Positions 32,243 through 47,479 of a stretch of DNA of 64,000 nt are shown piece after piece. Source of the DNA: an uncultured Gammaproteobacteria bacterium (lineage in GTDB: Bacteria > Pseudomonadota > Gammaproteobacteria > JACCXJ01); NCBI GenBank assembly GCA_963764725.1, contig CAVXTM010000011.1, positions 356,341-420,340 on the forward strand, in the 5' to 3' direction. The notes beneath the pieces were generated by a model. The model saw only the letters and a program-made list of their open reading frames with translations. It did not search any database and had not been told where the DNA came from. Each line of letters begins with the position of its first letter. Position 1 is the first letter of the stretch. The translations under genes were made by a program, and so were the position numbers.

Positions 32243-33856
32243 ATGACGCTTATGCCTGTCTTTGAGACCAAGATCGATCCGAACACGCCCGCGTTTCAGC
32301 AGAACGCGGAGCATATGCTCGCCCTCGTCGATGATCTCGGCGTCAAGATTGCCAAGGCTCGGGAAGGCGGTCCGCCGGCCGCTCGCGAGAAGCACCGGCA
32401 ACGCGGCAAGCTGTTGCCGCGCGAACGCATCGCCGCGCTGCTCGACCCGAGCGGTCCGTTCTTTGAGCTTTCGCCCTTGGCCGCCCTGGGACTCTATGAC
32501 GATGAGATCCCCTGTGCCGGGATCATTACCGGAATCGGCCGAGTCCACGGCCGAGAGGTGATGGTGATCGCCAATGACGCCACCTCTAAAGGCGGAACCT
32601 ACTATCCCTTGACGGCCAAGAAACATCTGCGGGCGCAGGAGATCGCGGCGGAAAACCATCTACCCTGCGTTTACCTCGTGGATTCAGGCGGCGCTTTCCT
32701 ACCGCTGCAAGACCAGGTGTTCCCCGACCGCGACCACTTCGGCCGTATTTTCTACCACCAGGCGCGGCTCTCGGCCCGCGGCATCCCACAGATTGCCGTA
32801 GTGATGGGCACCTGTGTCGCTGGCGGAGCCTATGTTCCGGCGATGTCGGACGAGACCATCATAGTGAGGAACCAAGGGACGATCTTCCTGGGCGGGCCAC
32901 CCTTGGTCAAAGCGGCGACCGCGGAGACCGTCGATGCGGAGACGCTCGGCGGAGGCGAGGTGCATTGCCGGCTATCCGGCGTCGCCGATCACCTGGCCGA
33001 CAACGACGAGCACGCGCTCCTCATCGCGCGCGATGTGCTCGCGTATTCGAAGCTGCCTGAATCCGCTTTGACGTCAGGGCAAGCGTCCGCGCCCAGGTAT
33101 GCAGCCGAATCGATTTACGGCGTGATCCCGCGCGATCCGCGCTATCCGTATGACGTGCGCGAAGTCATTGCGCGACTCATTGACGGCTCGGAGTTTCACG
33201 AATTCAAGGCCCTCTACGGCAAAACCTTGGTCTGCGGCTTTGCGCATATCGAGGGTTATCGCGTCGGTATCCTTGCCAACAACGGCATCTTGTTTTCGGA
33301 ATCGGCCCTCAAGGGAGCGCACTTCATCGAGCTTTGTTGCCAGCGCAAGATCCCGCTGGTCTTCTTGCAAAACATCACCGGTTTCATGGTCGGTAAGAAG
33401 TACGAGCACGAAGGGATCGCCAAGGACGGCGCCAAGATGGTCGCGGCGGTCGCGTGCGCGGCGGTGCCGAAACTGACCGTGATCATCGGCGGTTCGTTCG
33501 GGGCGGGTAACTACGCCATGTGCGGCCGCGCCTACGGGCCGCGGTTTTTATGGATGTGGCCGAACGCGCGCATCTCGGTGATGGGCGGTGAAATCGCCGC
33601 CTCGGTCCTGGCCGCGGTCAAGCGTGAGGGCACGGAAGGGCGCGGGGAACGCTGGAGCGCGGACGAGGAACACGCCTACAAGGAGCAGATCCGGGGCCAA
33701 TACGAGGCGCAAGGTCATCCCTATTACGCCACGGCACGGCTCTGGGACGACGGCATCATCGACCCGGCCAAGACGCGCGAGGTCTTGGGACTGGGGCTGG
33801 CCGCGGTGAGGCACGCGCCGATACGCGCCACGCGCTTTGGTATCTTTCGGATGTGA
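32243..33856 (+). CDS. liuB: 3-methylcrotonyl-CoA carboxylase beta (carboxyltransferase) subunit
   Basis: [57 protein letters not shown]. Confidence 0.93.
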   Translation: MTLMPVFETKIDPNTPAFQQNAEHMLALVDDLGVKIAKAREGGPPAAREKHRQRGKLLPRERIAALLDPSGPFFELSPLAALGLYDDEIPCAGIITGIGRVHGREVMVIANDATSKGGTYYPLTAKKHLRAQEIAAENHLPCVYLVDSGGAFLPLQDQVFPDRDHFGRIFYHQARLSARGIPQIAVVMGTCVAGGAYVPAMSDETIIVRNQGTIFLGGPPLVKAATAETVDAETLGGGEVHCRLSGVADHLADNDEHALLIARDVLAYSKLPESALTSGQASAPRYAAESIYGVIPRDPRYPYDVREVIARLIDGSEFHEFKALYGKTLVCGFAHIEGYRVGILANNGILFSESALKGAHFIELCCQRKIPLVFLQNITGFMVGKKYEHEGIAKDGAKMVAAVACAAVPKLTVIIGGSFGAGNYAMCGRAYGPRFLWMWPNARISVMGGEIAASVLAAVKREGTEGRGERWSADEEHAYKEQIRGQYEAQGHPYYATARLWDDGIIDPAKTREVLGLGLAAVRHAPIRATRFGIFRM

Positions 33857-33860
33857 GCCG

Positions 33861-34652
33861 ATGCTCGCGACAAAATCGTTATCTGTCACGACCGACCGGC
33901 GCGGGGCGTGTACCTTAATGCTACAGCGCCCGGAGCGGCACAACGCCCTCGATGGCCCTCTCATCGGTGCCCTGCTGTCCCACTTGCAAGCGCTGGAACG
34001 CGATCCCACGGTCCGCCTCGTGATCCTGACGGGGAGCGGGGAGTCGTTTTGCAGCGGCGGCGATCTGGATTGGCTTACAGCCCTCGCCAGCCCGGAACCG
34101 GGATCGCGTGGTGATGAGACCAAAACGTTCGCCCTGCTGTTACAGACCCTCCACGGACTGAGCAAACCGAGCATCGCACGCATTCAAGGTTCGGCCTACG
34201 GCGGCGGCGTGGGTCTCATCGCTTGCTGTGATCTCGCCATTGCCGGCGACAACGTGCGCTTTGCCCTTACCGAGCTCAGACTAGGTCTGCTGCCGGCCAT
34301 GATCGCGCCCTATCTGCTGCAGGCCATCGGCGTCCGCGAGACCCGCCGCCTGGCGATCGGCACCGAAGCCATCGACGCCGAGGAAGCTCTGCGGATCGGC
34401 CTGCTGCACCAGGTCGTCAAGCCTAGCGAACTGGATTGTGCACTGGATATCCATATCGAGCGCGTGCTCGAGTCAGCGCCGACGGCGATCGCCGAATTCA
34501 AGCGCTTGACCGCGAACTATTCGCCGCTACCGCACGGAGATTGCGACACCGTTGAAGCCTTCCTTGCGCGGCTGCGCGGATCGCCGGAGGCGCGCGAAGG
34601 GATCGCGGCTTTTGTGGAGAAGCGCAAGCCGTCCTGGCAAGACATCGCATGA
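33861..34652 (+). CDS. liuC: Methylglutaconyl-CoA hydratase / enoyl-CoA hydratase
   Basis: RPERHNAL, FCSGGDL, AYGGGVGLIACCD, EAREGIAAFVEKRKP; operon context. Confidence 0.85.
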   Translation: MLATKSLSVTTDRRGACTLMLQRPERHNALDGPLIGALLSHLQALERDPTVRLVILTGSGESFCSGGDLDWLTALASPEPGSRGDETKTFALLLQTLHGLSKPSIARIQGSAYGGGVGLIACCDLAIAGDNVRFALTELRLGLLPAMIAPYLLQAIGVRETRRLAIGTEAIDAEEALRIGLLHQVVKPSELDCALDIHIERVLESAPTAIAEFKRLTANYSPLPHGDCDTVEAFLARLRGSPEAREGIAAFVEKRKPSWQDIA

Positions 34653-35566
34653 CCGTCCGCTATCCGAAACGGGTCAAGCTAGTGGAAGTCGGCCCTCGCG
34701 ACGGCTTGCAGAACGAGCCCACACAGCTCCCCACCGGCACCAAGGTCGAATTCATCGATCGGCTGTCGGCGACCGGGCTCCCGGTCATCGAGGCGGCGAG
34801 CTTCGTCAATCCCAAGGCGGTGCCGCAACTCGCCGACGCCGAGGAGGTGTATTCCCGCATCGAGCGCAAGCATTCCGTACAGTACCCTGTGCTCTTGGCC
34901 AACCACAAAGGACTGCAACGGGCGCTAAGTGTCAACGCGCGAGCGATTGCCGTCTTCACCGCCGCCACGGAGACCTTTAGCCAAAAGAACAGCCGCTGTA
35001 GCATCGCGGGATCCATGGAACGCCTGGCGCCGGTCATCGCCGAGGCTCGCCGGCGGGGGCTCGCGGTTCGTGCTTATGTCTCCTGCGCATTCGGCTGTCC
35101 CTACGAAGGTGCGGTCGCCGCGGAGATCGTGGCCAAGCTCGCCGGTGATTTTTATCGGCTCGGCTGTGCAGAAATCGCCCTCGGTGACACCGTTGGTCTC
35201 GCGACGCCCTTGCAAGCGCGGGAGGTGTTCGCCACCTGTGCCGGGCAAGTCCCCGCCGCCCAACTCGCGCTACATTTCCACGACACCCGTGGCCAAGCGC
35301 TCGCCAACATCCTGGCCTGTATCGAGCTCGGCGCCGAAGTGGTCGATGGCTCGGTGGCCGGGCTCGGCGGCTGTCCCTATGCGCCGGGCGCGAGCGGCAA
35401 TGTCGCGACCGAAGATGTGGTCAACATGCTCCACAGCATGGGGATCGAGACCGGCGTTGATCTCAATAAATTAATCGCGGTAGGCCGTTATATCTGCGCC
35501 ATGCTCGGGCGTGAAAACCAAAGCCGCGTGAGCCGGGCAACCGAGCAGCGAGGATCATTGGCATGA
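34649..35566 (+). CDS. liuE: Hydroxymethylglutaryl-CoA lyase
   Basis: EVGPRDGLQNE, HFHDTRGQA, GLGGCPYAPGASGNVATED. Confidence 0.95.
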   Translation: MTVRYPKRVKLVEVGPRDGLQNEPTQLPTGTKVEFIDRLSATGLPVIEAASFVNPKAVPQLADAEEVYSRIERKHSVQYPVLLANHKGLQRALSVNARAIAVFTAATETFSQKNSRCSIAGSMERLAPVIAEARRRGLAVRAYVSCAFGCPYEGAVAAEIVAKLAGDFYRLGCAEIALGDTVGLATPLQAREVFATCAGQVPAAQLALHFHDTRGQALANILACIELGAEVVDGSVAGLGGCPYAPGASGNVATEDVVNMLHSMGIETGVDLNKLIAVGRYICAMLGRENQSRVSRATEQRGSLA

Positions 35567-35653
35567 GACTTGGTCACGCGAAAGCGTTTGTCACCGGAGG
35601 CGCCTCCAGACTCGGCCTGGCCGTGGCAAGGCGCTTGCTCGAGCCCGGCGCGC
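35563..35653 (+). pseudogene. Truncated 5' copy of the SDR gene found at 40913
   Basis: MRLGHAKAFVTGGASRLGLAVARRLLEPGA versus MRLCEATAIVTGGASGLGLAAATSLLEAGA; ATGA overlap with the liuE stop. Confidence 0.85.
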
Positions 35654-35659
35654 AGGGAT

Positions 35660-39953
<4,294 letters not shown>

Positions 39954-40191
39954 GAGTAGAGTAAAGTCGACAAACCCCCTTTCTTTCCGCGAGGAAGCAT
40001 ATGGCGTGGCTCGTGAGTTGTCAAAGGCGGCTGGTGAAACGGGCCTCAGACTACCATCCCCGCGCACGGAGTTACCGCAACGCTGCCGGGGGCCTGGAAA
40101 GTGCTCAGTGCCTGCGGCAAAGCCGACGACATGCGCGTTGCGCGTCGGGATCTACGCTTCGCGCTCGAAATCGACGCGGCTCGGCGTGCGC

Positions 40192-40773
40192 TTATTCGGC
40201 TTCGAAGACCTCGTCCAATGGCAGCGTGAGGCCGGGAAAGAGCAAAGTAGCGAAACGATCGCCCTTTCGATAACGCCCTTTCATCTCGTATCCATCGCTG
40301 CCGAGGGCATGCACTTCGATGGCCTGCGCCTTGGGATCCACGATCCAGTACTCGGCGACGCCAAAACGTGCATAGAGAGATTTCTTGTAGCCGCAGTCGC
40401 GTGCTTCCGTGCCCGGTGAGAGGATCTCGACCACCAGATCGGGGGCTCCCCCGACGGCGTCATGGCCGATGATCGCGCGCCGCTCGGCGCGCACGAAGAG
40501 GAGATCGGGCTGGGCCACCTCGCGATCGGCGCCTGCTCCAAACACCACATCCATCGGGGCATCTAAAATCGTCCCGAGCCTCTGCGCCCGCACATGGGCG
40601 AGGAGCAGGAACTCCAGATTGCGGGAGACCTGCTGGTGTACAGTCGTGGGTGAGGGGACCATGACGATATCTCCATCGAAGAGCTCGTAACGCTTGTCGC
40701 TGGTGGCGACGAGCGACCGATAGTCCTCGTAGCTGAACCGAATATGACGGTTGGGGATGCTCACGGTATTCAC
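40192..40773 (-). CDS. Uma2/DUF820-family endonuclease-like protein
   Basis: YELFDG, PSPTTVHQ, QPDLLFV, PDLVVEILSP, YARFGVAEYWIVDP. Confidence 0.9.
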   Translation of the reverse strand: MNTVSIPNRHIRFSYEDYRSLVATSDKRYELFDGDIVMVPSPTTVHQQVSRNLEFLLLAHVRAQRLGTILDAPMDVVFGAGADREVAQPDLLFVRAERRAIIGHDAVGGAPDLVVEILSPGTEARDCGYKKSLYARFGVAEYWIVDPKAQAIEVHALGSDGYEMKGRYRKGDRFATLLFPGLTLPLDEVFEAE

Positions 40774-40799
40774 CTCGGGCGCCCTGGGTTTCTTCAAGC

Positions 40800-40832
40800 G
40801 TAGCCCGCAATGGAGCGCAGCGCAATGCGGGA
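40800..40832 (+). repeat. GTAG-type REP
   Basis: GTAGCCCGCA..TGCGGG stem. Confidence 0.65.
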
Positions 40833-40912
40833 AATCTTGCTGGTGTCAAGTTGAAGCTACAAATTTAAAATCCAGGTCTTGGTTGCGGTTTGATGTTTTA
40901 TAATATCGCCTG

Positions 40913-41680
40913 ATGAGACTTTGTGAAGCGACAGCGATCGTCACCGGCGGCGCCTCCGGCCTTGGCCTGGCGGCGGCAACGAGCCTGCTCGAAGCCGGCG
41001 CGCGCGTAGCGATCCTCGATATCCGCTCGGCTCCTGCCGAACCGCTCGCCGATCCGAGCTCGGGGGGACCTCTTTTTATTGAAACCGACGTCACCTCGGA
41101 AGCCGCGGTGGACCGGGCGTTTGAGGTCGCCGCGGAACAGCTCGGCGGGATCAGCTTGGCCGTCAACTGCGCCGGCATCGTGCAGGCCCAGCGCGTGCTC
41201 GGCGCCGAGCGCCTGCTCGATCAGGCGGAGTTCGCGCGGGTCATCGCCGTCAATCTCATCGGCGCCTTCACCGTCTGCCGCGCCGCCGCCAACCGCATGC
41301 AACACAATGCGCCGAACGCCGACGGTGAACGCGGGCTCATCATCAACACGGCCTCGATTGCCGCCTACGAGGGCCAGATCGGCCAAGCCGCCTACGCCGC
41401 CTCCAAAGGCGGGGTCGCCAGCCTCACGCTGCCGCTCGCCCGCGAATTCGCCGCGCTCGGCATCCGCGTCATGGCGATTGCACCAGGTCTCTTCGATACC
41501 CCGATGCTCGCGGGCTTGCCCGAAAAGGCGCGCGCCGGCTTGGCTGACCAGGTCCCTTTTCCCAAGCGCTTGGGCAGTCCCGGCGAATTCGCCGCGCTCG
41601 TTTGCCATATCTATGAAAACCCGATGCTGAACGGCGAGGTTATACGCTTGGACGGTGCGCTGCGCATGCCGCCGAGATGA
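40913..41680 (+). CDS. SDR, HSD10-like 3-hydroxyacyl-CoA dehydrogenase
   Basis: VTGGASGLG, VNCAGI, GQIGQAAYAASKGG, MLNGEVIRLDGALRM. Confidence 0.92.
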   Translation: MRLCEATAIVTGGASGLGLAAATSLLEAGARVAILDIRSAPAEPLADPSSGGPLFIETDVTSEAAVDRAFEVAAEQLGGISLAVNCAGIVQAQRVLGAERLLDQAEFARVIAVNLIGAFTVCRAAANRMQHNAPNADGERGLIINTASIAAYEGQIGQAAYAASKGGVASLTLPLAREFAALGIRVMAIAPGLFDTPMLAGLPEKARAGLADQVPFPKRLGSPGEFAALVCHIYENPMLNGEVIRLDGALRMPPR

Positions 41681-41790
41681 ATATACCTCGCGGGCGGGGC
41701 ATGAACCCCGCCCTTGACCAAAGGGGAGAGCTGCGCTTCTCCCCTTTGGAAACCCCATCGCCAAGATCCCCGCGACAAGACCGCCGGGTG
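41679..41790 (+). repeat. ~115-bp multi-hairpin repeat, copy 4 (most diverged)
   Basis: Keeps ccaaaggggag..ctcccctttggaaacccc with a different loop; right end approximate. Confidence 0.85.
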
Positions 41791-41805
41791 TGTGTCTAAT
41801 AAACG

Positions 41806-43758
41806 ATGCCGATCTGGACTCCTAGCTCACAGCGGGTCAACGCGGCCAACATGACCCGTTTCCTGGCCATGGTGCGCCAGGAGTATGCGCCGAGCGTCAG
41901 CGACTATGCGTCGTTGTATCACTGGTCGATAGGCAGACCGGAAGAATTCTGGCCTGCGGTTTGGCGCTTCTGCGACATCAAGCATTCCCGCACTTGGGAT
42001 ACGGTGCTCGAACATCCCGCACGCATGCCCGGTGCGCGGTGGTTCAACGGCGCGCGGCTCAACTTCGCCGAAAATCTATTGCGGCGGCGCGACCGGCATC
42101 CCGCGCTCATCGCCTGGAACGAGCGCGGCCGTTACCGCGCCGTCTCTTACGCCGAGCTTTATTCCGAGGTGGCAAGGCTCGCGCGCGCTTTACAGGCCGA
42201 GGGCGTCGTCGCAGGCGACCGGATCGCCGGTTTTTTACCCAATATCCCGGAGACCGTCACGGCCATGCTGGCGAGTGCCAGCTTAGGCGCCATCTGGTCG
42301 TCGTGCTCACCGGATTTCGGCAGCGCGGGCCTTTTGGATCGCTTCGGCCAAATCAAGCCCAAGCTGTTGTTCACGGCCGATGGTTATCTTTACGGCGGCA
42401 AGCGCATCGATTCATTGGAACGCATCAGGCAAGCCCTGCCGCACCTGCCCGAGGTGCAACGCGTGATCACCGTACCCTATCTCGATGCGGGGGAAACCGC
42501 CCGCCGTTTGCTACCGCAGAGTGTTCTTTATGCGGATTTCTTAGGGCCAGAGCCGCTGCCCGATCCGCCTTTCACGGCGCTGCCCTTCGACCACCCGCTT
42601 TATATCCTGTACTCCTCGGGTACGACCGGGAAGCCCAAGTGCATCGTCCACGGCACGGGCGGCACGCTCATCCAGCACCTGAAGGAATTGGCGCTGCACA
42701 CGGACCTCAAGCCCGAGGACCGGATCTTTTATTTCACCACCTGCGGATGGATGATGTGGCATTGGCTCGTGTCGAGCCTCGCGCTCGGCGCCACCGTGGT
42801 TCTCTACGATGGCTCGCCCGTTCATCCCCAACCTCAAAGTTTATTCGACCTCGCCGAACAGGAACGGGTGACGATCTTCGGCACTAGCGCCAAGTACCTC
42901 GCGAGCCTCGAGAAGGCCGGCGTCAAGCCGCGCGCGACGCATCGGTTGGATGCGCTCAAGACGATCCTGTCCACCGGCTCGCCGCTTGCCCCGGAATCAT
43001 TCGATTACGTCTATCAGGATATCAAAGAGGACCTCCAGCTCGCTTCCATCTCCGGGGGCACCGACATCATCTCGTGCTTCGCCTTGGGCCATCCCTGCCT
43101 GCCGGTCTATCGCGGCGAGCTACAGTGTCGCGGACTGGGAATGAAAGTTGAGGTCTACGACCAGGCCGGGCGATCCATCGCCGGTGCGAAAGGTGAGCTT
43201 GTATGCACCGCCCCGTTTCCGTCAATGCCGATAGACTTTTGGAATGACCCCGATGGGACTGCTTACCGCCGCGCCTACTTTGAGCGCTTCCCTAATGTCT
43301 GGGCCCACGGGGATTACGCCGAGATCACCCAACGCGAGACTGTGATTATATACGGCCGCTCCGATGCCACGCTCAATCCAAGCGGCGTGCGCATCGGCAC
43401 CGCCGAGATCTACCGCCCCATCGAGGCCATGCCCGAGATCCTCGAATGCCTGGCCGTGGGCCAGGAATGGAATAACGACGTGCGCATCATTCTGTTCGTG
43501 AAGCTACAAGAAGGCCTGACGCTGGATGAGGATCTCATCACGCGCGTCAAAAATACGATTCGCCAACACGCTTCTCCGCGTCATGTGCCGGCCAAGGTGA
43601 TCCGAGTCCCTGACATTCCCCGCACCCGCAGCGGCAAGATCGTCGAGCTCGCGGTACGCGAACTCATCCACCACCGGCCAATAGAAAATCTCGAGGCGCT
43701 GGCAAATCCCGAGTCGCTGAAGGCATTCAACGACCTTCCCGAGTTGCTCGAGGACTAA
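41806..43758 (+). CDS. Acetoacetate-CoA ligase
   Basis: [60 protein letters not shown]. Confidence 0.94.
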   Translation: MPIWTPSSQRVNAANMTRFLAMVRQEYAPSVSDYASLYHWSIGRPEEFWPAVWRFCDIKHSRTWDTVLEHPARMPGARWFNGARLNFAENLLRRRDRHPALIAWNERGRYRAVSYAELYSEVARLARALQAEGVVAGDRIAGFLPNIPETVTAMLASASLGAIWSSCSPDFGSAGLLDRFGQIKPKLLFTADGYLYGGKRIDSLERIRQALPHLPEVQRVITVPYLDAGETARRLLPQSVLYADFLGPEPLPDPPFTALPFDHPLYILYSSGTTGKPKCIVHGTGGTLIQHLKELALHTDLKPEDRIFYFTTCGWMMWHWLVSSLALGATVVLYDGSPVHPQPQSLFDLAEQERVTIFGTSAKYLASLEKAGVKPRATHRLDALKTILSTGSPLAPESFDYVYQDIKEDLQLASISGGTDIISCFALGHPCLPVYRGELQCRGLGMKVEVYDQAGRSIAGAKGELVCTAPFPSMPIDFWNDPDGTAYRRAYFERFPNVWAHGDYAEITQRETVIIYGRSDATLNPSGVRIGTAEIYRPIEAMPEILECLAVGQEWNNDVRIILFVKLQEGLTLDEDLITRVKNTIRQHASPRHVPAKVIRVPDIPRTRSGKIVELAVRELIHHRPIENLEALANPESLKAFNDLPELLED

Positions 43759-43788
43759 GGCCTCCGGATCCGATGGGCCGCTCGCACC

Positions 43789-44634
43789 CTAATCCGCGAG
43801 CAACCATTCCCGTATGGCGGCGATTTGGTCCGGCGTCGTGAGCGCGGGCACGTGGCCGATGCCGCTGAACTCGACGAGGTTAGCCCGCGGCCCCCGGCGA
43901 GCCATTTGCAATGCCGCCGCGTGGGTCAGGACATCGGATTCCGCGCCGCGTAGGACGCGAACGGCACAGCGCACCGTGTCCCAGACGTGCCAGAGATCTG
44001 CCGGACCTTGGAGCTTTTGCCGCAAGCCCTCACCGATGAGCGGATCGTAATGCAGCCGATACTCGCCCTCTGCGATCCGTTTTGCACCGTGCTGCGCCAT
44101 GTGCGCCCACACGTCCTCGCTCAAAGGCCCGAAAGGCGCATGGATCTCTTTGAAATAGTTTTTAACGCCATCCAGATCGGGGAAGTGCGGGTCCCGGCCG
44201 ACATAGGTCGCCATCCGTTCCAAGGCGGGCCCGGGGATCTCGGGCCCGATATCGTTTAAGACCATTTTGCGGATTGGACAGTGCTCGCGAGCAGCGAGGC
44301 ACATCCCCATTAATCCTCCCATGGAGGTGCCTACCCAGTCGATCGCGGTGACGTGGAGATACCCGAGGAGTACGGCGATATCGTTAAGGTAAACGGAATA
44401 CGCGTAATCGTTGTAATCCTTCAGCCAGTCGCTGAGACCCCGACCGGGCATGTCCGGGCAAATTACGCGATAGGTATCGCAAAGCGCTTGCGCGAGCCAG
44501 TCGAAATCGCGCGCGTTGCGCGTTAAGCCATGCACACAGATCACAACGCGTGGGTTCGCGGGATCGCCCCAATCGGTGTAGTGCATCCGATGGAAACTCT
44601 GAGAATCGAGGCCGAGGACGTAGTTGGAACGCAT
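43789..44634 (-). CDS. Alpha/beta hydrolase
   Basis: CVHGLTRNARDFD, GTSMGG nucleophile elbow, GHVP. Confidence 0.9.
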   Translation of the reverse strand: MRSNYVLGLDSQSFHRMHYTDWGDPANPRVVICVHGLTRNARDFDWLAQALCDTYRVICPDMPGRGLSDWLKDYNDYAYSVYLNDIAVLLGYLHVTAIDWVGTSMGGLMGMCLAAREHCPIRKMVLNDIGPEIPGPALERMATYVGRDPHFPDLDGVKNYFKEIHAPFGPLSEDVWAHMAQHGAKRIAEGEYRLHYDPLIGEGLRQKLQGPADLWHVWDTVRCAVRVLRGAESDVLTHAAALQMARRGPRANLVEFSGIGHVPALTTPDQIAAIREWLLAD

Positions 44635-44790
44635 GCGATTACTCGGTTGGGCAAAGGAAGGGTAATGCGTTTCCACTATAGAGATCGTCAACCACGGCGC
44701 TCGTTGTCGTGGAGTATACCCCTGAACAGGGTAGCCCAATAGACACCTTGGAGTACGGCTTGAAAGGAGGCCCGCTGCGCGGGCCGAGTC

Positions 44791-44893
44791 GGTGGGTTGC
44801 GGCATAAACAGCATGCCGAACCCACCCTACATTTCTTGAATTACCGTCGCGGTTACCAACTCCCTGGATTCCGCTTCGCTTTGTCCAGGCAAC
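44791..44893 (-). repeat. Pair of GTAG-type REP units
   Basis: Reverse complement GTAGGGTGGGTT..AACCCACC (44791-44830) and GTTGCCTGGA..TCCAGG (44863-44893). Confidence 0.65.
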
Positions 44894-44979
44894 GCTTACT
44901 GCACGATGTGCAAGGGTATTCCCTCGAGGTGAACACGCCGCACGCGTTGAGTATATCGCAAATATATCGATCGTGGCCC

Positions 44980-45018
44980 CTTTAACCGTGCGGGCGTCAC
45001 TTGAGTGCCGAGTTAGGC
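44980..45018 (-). other. Degenerate/truncated attC-like site
   Basis: GCCTAAC just after the DUF2726-like gene stop, then tcggcactcaag.. and GTTAAAG; shorter than a normal attC. Confidence 0.5.
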
Positions 45019-45021
45019 TTC

Positions 45022-45942
45022 TTACTCCATCCCACCACCACGGGTGAGTTGCAGAACTCTCTTGAAGGCCAGGTATTCGGCAATATTCTTCGCGACGACA
45101 TACGGCGAAACTCCAAGGCCCTGGAAGTTTCGCACCCATATTGTTTGAACTACGGTTGCCTGTGGCGTAGGCACAACGAGACGGCAGCCGATGCGCGTTG
45201 CACTTTGCATGGCTGCGATCCGAGCCTTGACTTCTTCTACGTCAAACAAGTCTTTCACCTCGGGGAGCGGAGGATCGGAAATAAACTCTTGCCTATGATT
45301 GGCTACGCCATAATCAGCACAGAGTGCGGCATATTGGGACGCGAGAAGCGCGATGGGGTCTGCTTCAAGTTTGGCGTCGACTTCAGCGCCCATCACAACA
45401 TCTTGCAAATATTCATTCCTCGCCCACTCAGGCCAGGTCTCGATCAAGAAGAGTGCGTCGTTGACGCGCTCCGAGAGGAGCCCGTCTAATCGTTTCCTCG
45501 ATAGGATTTGGCCGATGATACTGTCGACGATGGCAAGAGACTCACCGGGTCCGAGTTGTCTAGTTTCCTCGTAAGAAATGACAACAAGCGTAAAATCGTG
45601 GTCGCGTGATAGCCGGAGCTTGAAATCTAGCTTTAACTTCCGATTAGGATCGTTGGTCTCGCGACCGGGCACATATTCTCCATCACGACTGAATCCACCA
45701 CCGATCCCGTCAAACTCGATTGCGAGAAGAGGCCGTCCAGACTTATCACAAAGTGTGAAATCCACGTTTGTCGAATAGTAGAACCTGCGCTCTCCGTCAG
45801 TCAGCCTCTCGTCGTCAACCTCGATAAGTTTCGGAAATGGTAATTGCGGGTACAGTCCAAACGACGGGGACCACCGCGAATCCAGGGTGCGGAACAACTC
45901 GCTCTCGGACTGGCTGTCGAAAATGCTCGTTCTGGCTGACAT
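45022..45942 (-). CDS. DUF2726-like PD-(D/E)XK domain protein (gene cassette)
   Basis: SESELF..L, YPQLP, VDFTLCD..PLLAIEFDG..KL. Confidence 0.7.
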   Translation of the reverse strand: MSARTSIFDSQSESELFRTLDSRWSPSFGLYPQLPFPKLIEVDDERLTDGERRFYYSTNVDFTLCDKSGRPLLAIEFDGIGGGFSRDGEYVPGRETNDPNRKLKLDFKLRLSRDHDFTLVVISYEETRQLGPGESLAIVDSIIGQILSRKRLDGLLSERVNDALFLIETWPEWARNEYLQDVVMGAEVDAKLEADPIALLASQYAALCADYGVANHRQEFISDPPLPEVKDLFDVEEVKARIAAMQSATRIGCRLVVPTPQATVVQTIWVRNFQGLGVSPYVVAKNIAEYLAFKRVLQLTRGGGME

Positions 45943-45965
45943 ATCGCTTCGCTGCAAAGCTAAAA

Positions 45966-46042
45966 GCCTAAACCCCCAGGTTCAGGGGCGGTCTTGACGC
46001 CCGAAGGTCAGCAAGGACGTCCCCTGGAACCTGTTGTTGCTG
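45966..46042 (-). other. attC-like integron cassette recombination site
   Basis: Minus strand AAC-AACAGGTTCCAGGGGACG...CGCCCCTGAACCTGG-GGGTTTAGGC: inverted arms with extrahelical bases, located between a stop codon and the next ATG. Confidence 0.75.
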
Positions 46043-46047
46043 TCTGT

Positions 46048-46520
46048 TCATTGAACAACGAACTCGCCGAGAGCCTGACCTACTATGACACGCGGGGCTG
46101 CTCCGGACGCTGGCGCCTCAATAGATCCAGACACCCGTGAAATTTGGTGTACGAATAACAGTGAAGTGCCATTCGAGCAATGTCCGCAGTTGGGCAACTA
46201 CACGAGGAATATCGGCGGAGAGATTCTTTGTGCCCTTGTCGTTGCCCCATGGATTGTCAGCGTGCAGAAACTTTCCGAGGCGATCATAGAATGACGTCAA
46301 ACTGCTTCTTCGCGAGGAAGCCCTCTGTGCGGCGCTCAAAGTGCCAGCGCCCTGCCTTTTGTTGTATGGGTGGCAGAACTGGCGTTGGATAGAAGTCTTG
46401 GTTAATGCCGCCAAGGAGTTGAAGGATTTTTCTTGCGTTGTAGTCCTTCCGGTAGTCAGCAGGTTCGTCAGGCTTGCGCGCGCCAACTTTGTTAGCGTGA
46501 TGCGGAAGGCACGGCCGGCG
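46048..46520 (-). pseudogene. Frameshifted hypothetical cassette gene
   Basis: Overlapping ORFs 46284-46586 and 46118-46486 can be joined, ending VIVGQALGEFVVQ* just before the attC-like site; 5' end unclear. Confidence 0.5.
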
Positions 46521-46680
46521 TGCGGAACGCGACAATAAACGCTCGACGCCTGATATGTCGCGGACTGAGCCGTGCGCTTGCGCCATCAGACAGGACGAGT
46601 GGTTAGCGGGTTAGCCTCGTGCAGGTCGACTGATGGTGATCGCGCACAGGCGCAGCCCGGCAAGCGCCAGATTCCGGTTG

Positions 46681-46734
46681 TTGACAGTCCAATCACGGAT
46701 GGTGTATAATCACGGTTGCAATCGCTGATTGCAA
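46681..46734 (+). promoter_or_regulatory. Consensus sigma70 promoter with downstream palindrome
   Basis: TTGACA-N18-TATAAT (46681-46710), then TTGCAATC-gct-GATTGCAA. Confidence 0.65.
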
Positions 46735-47479
46735 GCGATGCCAGTGCGCAGGGTCATAGCACGCCTGCCGAAGTAGCGTGTATCATCGACTGGTACTCCG
46801 GAACGATGCAACCGCCCGCGGCTGTAACGCAATCGTCTCCGCGCGACGAGTTCAAATGATCGACGAAGCGATCGGCATTGAGCGGCTGAATCAAGAGCAA
46901 TCTGATCGGGGAACTGTTGCAGGCGCTGTAGGGATTTGGCAGTCCAATTTGCCCTCGTTCAGGAGGGCCGAATTGCTATAGCATTGTCGGTAACACGGCC
47001 CGCCTCGCTATCGCGTAGTCCTTCTTCGATGTCCTGCTTCACGGAGTCCTCGTAGGCCAAATCCTTCCAGTCGGCTGTCTCCGATTGGTCCGAACTTCTT
47101 GAATACACTGTGTAGATATGCCAACGCCGAAGTTGACCGCAATACAGGGATTACGATAGTAGTCCTGCCATTCGCCTTCGCTGGCGGTATCTTCGGTTCT
47201 TGGTCGAGAACGCCAGCGAGAGTGCAGACGTCCGAGCGCGACCCAATGATGCGCGACTCTCGTAAAGCAGCAACCATGTCGGCTGAGCACTGCGCCGAGA
47301 GTCTCATAGAAGAGGCTCGCGCCGGATTCGATAAAGTGCCGAGAATTCGGTCCAGCACCGTCAGGTTCAAAGACTACCGGATGCAAAAGCGTTGCCGGCG
47401 TCACGAGCAATCTCGACGCAGGACAAGGCCTCGACCAGTCCGTTCCATCGCATGAATTCTTCCGCAACGCCCGGGCTAA

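Noticed and set aside
46560-46620. Third attC site near gttagcgggttagcc
   Set aside because: Core-like heptamers are present but I could not find matching inverted arms.
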